Positions 50,501 to 60,900 of a DNA stretch of 64,000 nucleotides are shown one piece after another (position 1 is the stretch's first letter; each line of letters starts with the position of its first letter). Source of the DNA: Tubulanus polymorphus (taxonomy: Eukaryota; Animalia; Nemertea). Under the pieces are notes generated by a model. It did not search any database and had not been told where the DNA came from. It worked only from the letters and a program-made list of their open reading frames with translations. The position numbers and the translations under genes were made by a program. The stretch lies in NCBI RefSeq assembly GCF_964204645.1, contig NC_134026.1, positions 20,680,150 through 20,744,149 of the forward strand. The letters are read 5' to 3'.

Positions 50501-53500
50501 ATATAGAAGCCTAAGTTTGGGTTTATTTGTCAACTTTTTATTTCTTTACTGAAAAAAAGTAAATTTTCACTGTAATAGATGAGTGTGAATACAATTGAAA
50601 AAACCTAATCATCTTTGAAGCATTCACAGAATGTCAGTGCGTAGTTCATTATAAAATGGCCTGCAAAAGACACGCACGTACGGCCCATCGTCATTTAGAC
50701 TAAAGATTCAATCTTACTGGTGTAATTGATCTCTTTAAAAATTAACTGACATGTATTAAGTAAAGGTTGTTCGTTCGTAAGGCGGAACAATGACTTTGTC
50801 ACATGTTGTTTCTACGGCAACTGATCATTGCGAAGCAACTTCACGTTGTGGCTATCTTCGTCTCAATTATACGGTACACTCAATAAATTATTACTTAATT
50901 CTGAACTAGCCTATCTCTCCGGCGAAATGGACTCGGAATAACCTCCCAATGATTGTACCACAAACATCGATTATACAAATGATAATATCGACGAATGAAC
51001 AATTCAGCACGAATGCATGACTGTTTATCGTGTTTCGGTAAAACGTGACTTTAATCACTTAATAGGCAGAATTGTGCCAAACATAATATCATTATCACAG
51101 ATAATCCTCCGAACAATCTTCGGTTGAATGCGTTTTCCTATAAGTTACCTCGACAAAGAAGGCAAAAAATCATTTCAATTCAATCAACATAAGAATTACA
51201 AGTAATTTCATAGTTACATTTCAACATAAGAAATTATATAGCAAAAAGAAGAATGTAAACCATAAATGAAATATATCTTGGACCAATCAGAATGATTACT
51301 CCAAGGATATATCCAGTTGAAAAGATCTATTTCACTGACAAACAGCTAATTGTATCAATTTTGATAAGGATTTTTGAGGTCTCATTCTAACTAAGCATCC
51401 AAGTCATTTACACAAAAGATTATGATTTTATGAAAAGAATTGTGGTGTTTCAATCCGATAGTTCATGATATTTCTTCAGACAATTCAAAAAAAAAATTCA
51501 ATTTACTGACAACAATGCAAATAGTGAACAACTTAACCTTTACATAGTGAACTACAATATTAATACATCATTAATTTAAGCTTATTAACCCTGTAGCCAT
51601 TGTAGCAAATCCTTTTATCTAGCCTTCCATAGTTTATACATGGCACATACCCCGATATCTAGTTCACTGAATGGTTGACAAATAGTCAATCGAAGGATTG
51701 GTAGAACATTCCAAACGTGTTTATTGTGAACAAATTGATATAGGCCTAACACTATTTTTTAGACTTGAGAATAGTATTTTTGGGGGCAGATTTAGCATAA
51801 AGTTGATATAGCAGTAGCAGGGTCCCTAGGGATCAGTCATTCCTGGATAAGAGGAGTTTTAAATTAGAAAATTTCAAAGAAGCGTCTGCATCATTTTCAT
51901 ATCTCAATTACTAGTGACTGTTTATCTCGGTAAACCATCAATTCAGTGGTATTGTAACCAAATTTTTATTCTCCACACTACCTTAACTTGGCTTCTAGTT
52001 AGCCAACAGCCTAATTGGGTAAAAAAAAGTCCTGGTCCCAACTGTACCGATTTGACATAGGCCTAGTTTAGGTCTACTGTAAATTTCAAAATGCCAATTT
52101 CTCCAATGATGGAAGGAGTTTTGGGCAAATTAAAGGAGTTTCAAGCACGTTCAATTCAAAAGCATTTTCAGTTTAGAGGGAGTTTTTAAGAAATCAAATC
52201 TAGTTATATAGGGACCCAGGTTAAGCTCGGTAAAAATGCGTTCTTTCTAAGGTGGCAATTTTCCGGAAATGTCAACATAGTCGGTTTAATTTTCGAATCG
52301 GATTGTCGAATTGCAAGTTACATCGACTGAATTAATAATAATAACAAACGATCGATTTCCATCGAAATATTCGCAACGACGGGCGAAAACTCTATTGACA
52401 CCGTCCCGCACGCGGGGCAATTAGCGAGAAACTGTCGAACTGCCAATAGCAACTGTCTCTAAGCCCTCACAATTGATAGATTTATCTTTCTTAAGACTGT
52501 GTCAGGCAATAAAACGCACGGTTGGATGTCAATTAGAATGAAATTGACAAGTTTCATTACCGCGTGTACTGTCCCATGCAGCATTCGCTGCGTTCGACAG
52601 TACAACGCGGAATTAATTTTTTTTCTAGAATTATTACGGCATAAAACGCGACAAATTAAGTAAATAACGTGTAATTTTATGCCTTATATAGACAAATTCA
52701 ATGGCAGGGTGCGTAGAAAATATATTGCATCGTAATCGGCAATATTTAACAACGGGTGAATAGAATTCCTTTGACATCTTTATTCAACCGGATGATTTTT
52801 AACCGACGATTTGAGAACATAGTTTCCAATAAAACGTTTCCTTATGACATAAACATAAGATGCCCCGATGAAAATCTTATAAATAGCGAGTACATTTGTC
52901 GGGTAATAGGATCAATCCTTGAAAAATTCGAAGCCACTTCCAGACACCCGTCTACGAGGTTCCAGTTCCACAACTATATCAGTTACCGCTAAAAATCTAA
53001 ATCTAAGTTCATTTTCAACTTGTAAAATCTTTGTTAATAACTGTAGAGGTAGGTCAAATATTTGGCAACGAGAGTTAAAAATTAAAGTTTCAAAAAGCAG
53101 AATACTCCTCAGAATCGGAACAATAACTAGAGCTAAAGCTTTCTGAAACATCAGGTAGGCCTATATGCCTAAGGATGGATTTAAATGAAATATTTTTTCT
53201 CAAATAAGCAGTAGAATAGAATAGAATAAAATGTAAAAATCGCAACGTACCCTGGTGAGGCATCTGCCGACGCTTTTTAAGAACACATAATTTTTTGGCA
53301 CAACTTCGTATCCGAGTTGTTTTTCTATGTCCTCCCTTAGATCGTGCACGCGAGTTTCAGGCAAAACCCTGAAATTAGGAGAGAATGAGATAATGAATGA
53401 TCAAATAGGAATTATCTATCAAACATTAGAACACTGCTGGTTTCCATAGACAAGTGGCTGTCCAATATCAATAGTAGACAAAAACCCACACTTAAAAGAA

Positions 53501-54616
53501 AAACTGTCTCGTAGCTTAACGTTTCAACTCAATTCTATGAGCCATTTTCAAAAACAGTTTTTGAAAATGGCTCATAGAATTGAGTTGAAACGTTAAGCTA
53601 CCAGACAGTTTTTCTTTTTAGTGTGGGTTTTTGTCTACTATTAGAACACTGTATTCAATGATAAATTTTTCTGAAATTTTTATTTAGATTTTTCAAATGA
53701 AAAGAGAATAACTAGCGCCACTAAAATAAAGAGCCTATGAACGATTAATAGCATGATGTGCTTATACTATAGACCTATTCTTTAGTTGCATTATCAAGCT
53801 CTGACTATGAGTGAATTGAACGATCTCTTCATTTTTTTTATCTGATCTTAGACCGATAAGTTCTTTTTTTCATTTACCTGACAAATCCTGCTGAGACTGT
53901 TTCTTCAATGACTTGATTTAAAGCACAATGTAACCGATCGACCCATAACTCCCGAGGAACTATATAGACATGCAAATCGACTAACTGAAATTCAGAATAA
54001 AACACATTTTTATCAAGTTGGATCGAACTTGTGGCCTAATTTAGGCCTACTTGATGCGATAATAGGGGAATAGGCCTAGGCCAGTAAATTTTAGAAAGTT
54101 AAACTATTTGAAAAATTTGTAATAGGCATTCGAGTAAAAATATATTCTGTGGATCACCCCAAAATTGAAAAGTTTTTTGGTGCCGAGTGAGAGGAACAAA
54201 TTGAAAATTTTTTGCTGCAAGAGTGAAAGTGGCCAGGGGTGGCGACGATGAGATGATGTTAAACTGAAAATGTCGAATTTAGGTAGGCTAATTTCAAGTT
54301 AATAAAATCCTAGCTCAGGCTATTAACTGTTTTCTTTCTTTTTTGCTTTAACATGTCAAAATCGGCTCAAGACTAAGAAGTTAAATCTGATAAGACAAGA
54401 TAAATTCGCCTTAAATATGGATCGATTGCAAATTCATTCCTGAGAACTGAACTGTGAATTGGCAATCGAAAATGGACGACTCGTCGAAAACAAAACTCCG
54501 TTTCAAAGTTTAATAACTTCTCATTCAAGAGGTGAAAAGTTTTTACATTACGCGTTATTTGATGTACTTACAAGTTCCGAACGAGGTCTTTCCATATGAT
54601 GCGATGACCTGTTCAT
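35519..54616 (-). CDS. SPATA1: Spermatogenesis-associated protein 1-like, ~1064 aa, 14 exons
   Basis: Exons 54616-54572, 53984-53878, 53368-53251, 47513-47460, 47326-47215, 44585-44186, 42829-41723, 40308-40015, 39249-38924, 38721-38680, 38123-37998, 37238-37048, 36607-36509, 35692-35519, all in phase. N-terminus LVDLHVYIVP..SAGFVRV..FLKSVG..VKAKQE..FLPP..PEIFLL and C-terminus RDVWKKKYFEEKK..KMKLTAEVKLRNQAESELRALRAELTQKK match SPATA1. Central exons are less certain. Confidence 0.85.
37307..37436. repeat. 130-bp imperfect palindrome in a SPATA1 intron (probably Penelope-derived)
   Basis: atggatagcacttcataggttaac...gtatac-ca-gtatac...gttaacctatgaagtgctatccat; the minus strand of the left arm has GCGAAAGCTC, a hammerhead 3'-half motif. 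Confidence 0.75.
48430..49437. repeat. Two diverged ~190-bp copies of one repeat in inverted orientation (about 48430-48612 and 49243-49437)
   Basis: Shared ttgtaaattc..gat(c/t)acacaact..aaatcaaaccccctgttt(t/c)gctcc..tgtggtg..acac..atcaaa..aacaggg.caatcc on opposite strands. Confidence 0.75.
53470..53642. repeat. 173-bp near-perfect palindrome (1-nt loop) in SPATA1 intron 2
   Basis: Arms 53470-53555 and 53557-53642 with 2 mismatches; a 12-bp direct repeat attagaacactg at 53425-53436 and 53640-53651 brackets the insertion. Confidence 0.9.
53556..53599 (+). ncRNA. Minimal type I hammerhead ribozyme-like motif (U3-A8 core variant), mirrored on the minus strand
   Basis: Stem I agttt/aagct, core TTGAAAA, extra t, stem II ggctca-tagaat-tgagtt, GAAACGTT with palindromic minimal stem III. 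Confidence 0.5.
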
Positions 54617-54696
54617 GATAGCGAAGAAAATACCATTATTTCACGCACTAAAACTGTAGCAATGAAACTCAACTAATCCGCCATGATGCTTGTTTT

Positions 54697-54721
54697 GTTC
54701 CTAAGTTACCTTATGACGTCA
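54697..54721. promoter_or_regulatory. RFX X-box-like site plus perfect CRE ~80-105 bp upstream of the SPATA1 ATG
   Basis: gttcctaagttac (reverse complement GTAACTTAGGAAC) at 54697-54709 and TGACGTCA at 54714-54721. Confidence 0.45.
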
Positions 54722-55329
54722 CACGGGATTCCGAAAGGATCCCCTAGGGGATATCGGGATTTCTCTATACGCAATATCGGGATATCCCAATATGGGAAAC
54801 TGAGTGTAATGCACGTACGAAACGTCATACTGCATACTTCTTCTTCTTCCGATATCTGTCAACATCAACTGGTTGATGAAACACAGTGTATAGGTGTGCG
54901 CAAATAAATATATACAGACATTACTAACATGCAGATATATACTTCGTTCAGCTTAGCCGCGAACGCCGTCGGAATCGCATCGACACGGGATCCCTCTTGC
55001 TCGTCTGAATCGTCTTTGCTCTTCTGAATAGTGAAAATAGGTTTCCAATTCAACATCAGTAGAATTATTCATTTTGTCGATATCTTGCTAACAGCCGATA
55101 TATTTCAAATGGGAATAAACCCATTCATTCAGTCAGTTTTTATAAGGCCTCAGTAAGACGGACGATATCAAGAGATTTGTGTTGCAATCCCTCGATGTAG
55201 TCGTTTATCAACAATAAGCGAACGATTTTTTCATTTGGATATGATTTTGTTATACGAAAATTCGTGAAATATTTAAAATTAGAGACTCGCTATAATAATT
55301 TTGTAAAATATGTAATCAAGAGAAAAATA

Positions 55330-55930
55330 AACACAGTTTAAAAACATAACAAGGTTATTTACAAAATGTACAAATACACGTGCTATTTACAATACACTAG
55401 GAGGGATTTTTGTTAAATGATGCTAGTTTTTGACATATAATGCCAATAAATGTGTCTATGGAATGGTTTGCGAAGTTCAGGAAGAAGATTACAGTCCAAA
55501 AGAATATGTCATTCATCCCCAGAGACATTGCACATTTGACACATTTCGATATGGCCATTCAACGCCCCCTGGTGAATGTATAAAGATATATTTTTATTCA
55601 TCCTAGTGGTGAAAGCTGGTAAAAGTGTATGGAACTATGATCATGAGACTACGTAAAAATCTGTTAAAATTATCCTTGACATTCTCCAGATAATTGTTTT
55701 CACAATTTGTGTGGGCGATTTGTTGAATTTGAAATGCCGATTTGTAAGGCATGGATAGTATAGGCTTCTGTGCTTAATTTATCTGTTCTATGCATGATGC
55801 TAACCTGTTGTTCAAATGTGATATCGGTTCGTAACACTTATACTTCTTTTTTCAAATATCAAGTCCATGTTCTGTTGTTGGATGTGTCATTTCACTGTTC
55901 AATAATATTTTTGCCATGTCAGTTTTTAAG
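55330..55930 (-). mobile_element. Decayed non-LTR retrotransposon 3' region (RTE-X-like CCHC knuckle)
   Basis: Minus frame about 55547-55467 reads EMCQMCNVSGDE*HILLDCNLLPELRK, the CxxC...GDExH.LL.C motif with an in-frame stop. Confidence 0.65.
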
Positions 55931-55956
55931 ATCTTAGATAAATTTTTGCTAACTAC

Positions 55957-57013
55957 TACGGAAGCCCCTAGGTGACATACGAGAATTTCGACATAATAAG
56001 TCGAATTTCCACTTAACAAGTCGAAATTCGACTTAATAAATACGGAAGCCCCTAGGTGACATATGAGATAATTTTTTTCATAATTTTGACTTATTAACGT
56101 TAACGTTGAATTTCGACATAATAAGTCGAATTTCGACTTAATAAGTTTCGATTAATAAGTCGAATTTCGAGATAATAAGTCGAATTTCGTGTTAATTAAG
56201 TCGAATTTCGACTTAATAAGTCGAAATTCGAGATAATAAGTCGAATTTCGTGTTAATTAAGTCGAATTTCGACTTAATAAGTCGAAATTCGACATGAAAA
56301 TAAAACTCGAAATTCGACTTGATTAACACGAAATTCGACTTATTATCTCGAAATTCGACTTAATAAGTCGAATTTCGACATAATAAGTCGAATTTCGACT
56401 TAATTAACACGAAATTCGACTTATTATGTCGAAATTCGACTTATTAGATCGAATTTCGACTTATTAAGTCGAAATTCGACTTGTTAAGTCGAAATTCGAC
56501 TTATTAAATCGAAATTCGACTTATTATGTCGAAATTCGACTTATTATGTCGAAATTCGACTTATTAAGTCGAAATTATGAAAAAAATTATCTCATATGTC
56601 ACCTAGGGGCTTCCGTATAATTAACTCGAAATTCGACTTAATTAACACGAAATTCTTCTTGTTATGTCGAATTTCAACTTATTAAGTCGAAATTCGACTT
56701 GATGAACACGAAATTCGACTTATTAAGTCGAAATTCGACTTATTATGTCGAAATTCGACTTATTATGTCGAAATTCGACTTATTAAGTCGAAATTATGAA
56801 AAAAATTATCTCATATGTCACCTAGGGGCTTCCGTGTAATTAACTCGAAATTCGACTTAATTAACACGAAATTCGACTTATTATGTCGAAATTCGACTTA
56901 TTATGTCGAAATTCGACTTATTATGTCGAAATTCGACTTATTAAGTCGAAATTCGACTAAATAAGTCGAAATTGTGAAAAAACTTTCTCGTATGTCACCT
57001 AGGGGCTTCCGTA
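55957..57013. mobile_element. Nested non-autonomous TIR elements (TAC...GTA termini, IS3EU-like) filled with ~20-bp palindromic tandem repeats
   Basis: TIR tacggaagcccctaggtgacata at 55957 and 56041 (left ends) and ending at 56617, 56836 and 57013 (right ends); internal unit (GTCGAAATTCGAC-ttattat)n. Confidence 0.85.
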
Positions 57014-57969
57014 CAAAAAGGCTTTCGTCGGTTCACTTACAGCGTTTGAACCTTTCTCGGGATAGCCCGGATTCCCCACTGTTGACGTTAGTTACGCACT
57101 CAAAAGGAATTCCCTCTGAAGTGAGAGTTCAGTGCGCGAACAAACTTTTAACGAGTAAGGAGAGAGGGGTACGTTAAGGTAGGTAGGCCCCTACTTTTTG
57201 ACTGGATTCTTTCATTAATAAACCTTCACCGGCACGAGTAGGTAGGCTGTGGAAGTGTTAAGTAGTTATGTAATGATTTGTTTAATTTTTGGTGCTTACT
57301 ACTTAAACTAACGTTTCGTTAGACTCTCCATTTGATTTAACGATACACACACACGTTTAAGATTAACACCGGATAACACGACTTAGACTGACTGCGCTAA
57401 CACTGGCCTTTAGTTCAGAGCAGCAGCAAAGCTCACCCACACCACCTCGCACATCGCGATCAGACCAGGCTCGATCGAGATTACAGGGCTTAATAAGGAT
57501 ATGACATGAAGTGAACCCTGTGGTGGGTCTTTCAAAAGGGTCTATAATTTTATTTAGGCCTATAGGGCAAATTCAATTTGTTTATTCTGTTATTTGGGAT
57601 ATAATTTCAGACTGCCCATTTTGACGCGAAATATAACTCTTTTCCGAAATGTTTGTTTGCCTTTTTTTCTGATTTACAGAAAGTGGACTTTCATCTGACA
57701 AACACTGAGCCCATTGACATAAAGTGCTCAGGCTAGGCCCAACTCCATGAGTTATGAGGGTCTAAACCCTGTAGGCCTACCTGCTGATAAAAAGATATTA
57801 AGCCAAGTCTCATAGTTTCTGTTTTTTAGGTTAAACGACCATGTCTGGGATACAGTGTGGATAGTATGATCAAAATAGCATCAATGTTTGTGAACTAGCC
57901 TAGCTAGCTTTGGAGTATAACCTACCATACACTTTTTGCGGCATAAGTGGAATTAAACCTCGGAATAAA

Positions 57970-60900
57970 ATGGCATCGAACGGAAATTCTTACGTCATAT
58001 TCGACACGCTTCCAGTTTTAAGCGAAGGCGACGAACGCACGTCTTTGGCCGACGTGCTGTCGCGACGAGATTCGAATTTGACCGAGTTGGAATTGTGGGC
58101 GATCTGTTACGAATGTTGCGTGGCGATACGCGACTTGAAAAATTCGCCCGAGTCTTTCGAGGAATTATGCATCACTCCGGAAACGTTGGCTTTCGATTCA
58201 ACCGGAAACGTTTGCTTCCTTCCCTTAGAAATCGGTAAGTCGACCTGGCCCTTACTGAGTTCTCATTTCAGCTGACGGCGACAGTGAAGAAATCATTATT
58301 TCCGACATCTTCCGGCGCTCTCCCCCTACCAAATGTTGGCCTTAAAAGCTGCGTAGATTATTTAATTTCATTGGTTTCTATTGCCTTCAGAATATTCCCT
58401 GTACGTATGCCTGCCCATGAGAAATCATTCCTAATGAATACCTTTTTCCTACAATTAGCCTTAAATAGAGGTTCTGAAGTTAAGGAAAGTTAATTATTCT
58501 GAATAAAATGTAAATATTGTTTAAAGTAAATAGCCAAATTGAAAATTTCTATCTCATTCTATGAATAACCATAAATATTTAGGCCCTAATATCCTGTAGA
58601 TTTTTGAATATCTTTTTCCTACGATTAGCCTCAAAAAGAGGTTTTTGAAGTCAATGAAAATGATTTATTTTGAATAAAATGTAAATTGTAAAAAGTAAAT
58701 TGTTGAATTGTAGATTTCTATACAAAGTGATTCTCAGTCTATGAATAGCCGTAAATGCTTACGGTAATATCCTTAAGTCTGATATTTCACTGAATAGATA
58801 GGAATGATATGTTGATATGTTAAGCTTTTAGGCCTATAAGACGATTATGATATCAGACAGTGTTCAATAAAATCATGATCCACTGATGACCAATTACTGG
58901 TAATGATTTTGTTATTACATAATTCTATTTTAGATCCAGAGCAACTGTATGTTCCACCTGAATATGAAACAATTGGCAACTCGCTCAAGGTAGGAACTTC
59001 TAATATCAGCCAGTCAGGATATGGAGCCTATTGCCTATATTTTGGCCCTATGAAAAATAAATGCAGTAAGGCCGGTCTTATGACTGGATTATGAGACTTA
59101 AGGTCAGGGCCTTGTCAATGATCTAAGATGATCTAAGGATTTACGCCTTTAGGCTATTGAAATTAATTAAAGTCATGATTATGGTATGGTACCTTCTTGG
59201 TTCGTACAGATGAGAGTAAAAATCAGGCAATCCAGGAATTTCTTTTCCCTGCAGGCTTATTTCACTGAAATCAGCTGGGAAAGTCAGGGAATTTCAGATT
59301 TTGAGAAATTTTTCTGAATACCATTCTTTGGCTGGGCCATGTAGGCTGACACTCAAAATACTAATGATTATGAACATCATATAACTCCCTACAGCCTGAA
59401 TAATTTGTGACAGAACCTTCTACAGCCCCAGTCAGTAATGTGTAATGACAGCATTACTTTTTATAGAAAATTATTTCGAAAAAAAACTAAATTCTTAAAG
59501 TTGACTCACTTAAAAAAATACAATCCCTCTTCTTATAGTCTACCAATTTTTGCAACAGTTTCAATTAACGGTTTATTTCCAAAAAAGATACGATCTTCAA
59601 GGGTTAGGTTGAGGGTAGGTTAAAGACTATGGGTTAGCAGATCGTATTTAAGGAATAGGCCTGAACTAATCTAGAAAATTTATTTTATCCGGTCGTATAT
59701 TACTGCATCAATTAATTCAATAGAAAACATTAGACCTGTGTGAATGAAAAGTACATTATTCGAGTATTTGTAACAGTGTTTTCAATAAGAGCCAGGTCCC
59801 AGGTCCCAGACCCGTCTGTTGTTTGTAAAGGACCCGCCTGTTTTTTCAAACCAGCCTTCGTTTCAGGGACTTTGACGTATTATGGGACCCTCCTGTTTTT
59901 CAAATGGACCTGGCTTGTTAATTTCTTATTGAAAACACTGTGTAATATAGCATTTCCGATCATGTTTTAATTTATAACGCTTGCGTCAGGTTTTCAGTCG
60001 TAGTCTAATCTATCATGTACGATATGCAAAACGTAGACACAGTAGATTTTATTCGTTCTCTCTATTCAACGGACTTGTAAATCTTAAATCGGACGCCGAT
60101 TTATGGAGCGCCCTGTCAAGCGCGCGCCGGGAGTAATTCTCTCGCGTCGACGACGTACGTGTACGATTCTTCAAAACTCGAATAATCGGAATTTTCGCTA
60201 ATAGAATTGTTATTCGCCGCTCGGTCGGCTTAATTACAACTGGGTCGTCGATCATAATAGAATTGTTGTTTGTCGGAATTCGTGCGCGCGAAGGAGAGCC
60301 ATGTTATTGTGACGTCGAACTTAAGATTTTAGACAATGCACGTTTTTGTGTCATTGTCGAAACAGACACTAGCGTAATTGGAAAAAGTGTAGCTTAAAAG
60401 GCGATCGAACGAGAAATTGAAAGGCTTTTTGTAGCTTGATTCTTCCCGTAATTATTAGCCTTGAATACCCAGTTCCGCAGTTGGGGGGGTTGCTATTTCT
60501 TCAACTTAGTTGAATGATCGACTTGAGTGTATGTTGGACTTAAACTGAATAACTTTTACTTAGCCTATAGCATGAGTGTAAAAAATGTATACGTCCACAC
60601 TCGCAGTAATGGCAAATTTATTCAGATTTTATCATTTCCTGCCAAAGGTCAGTGGAGCCAATGGGTTTTGGGTTCTCCATTTTTGTCCACCCATCCGCCC
60701 AACTTTTACTTTTAATCAGTCCTACAGTCCCATCAGATCAAGATGACAGTAGGCCTACCACGTTCTGTGGGCCAATTCCTAAAACAAGAGCCCTTTTTGG
60801 ATTTGACCCTCAGAGTACCCCCTCCTCCGGTGAAATTGCACCTTCTATTTGAACACTCGCATAATGGATGTTCTACGGGCCAACAGCTACTAAATTACAT

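Noticed and set aside
55957-57013. CRISPR-like array of palindromic repeats
   Set aside because: Spacers are only ~7-8 bp and near-identical, the array is bounded by transposon-like TIRs, there are no cas genes and the context is eukaryotic.
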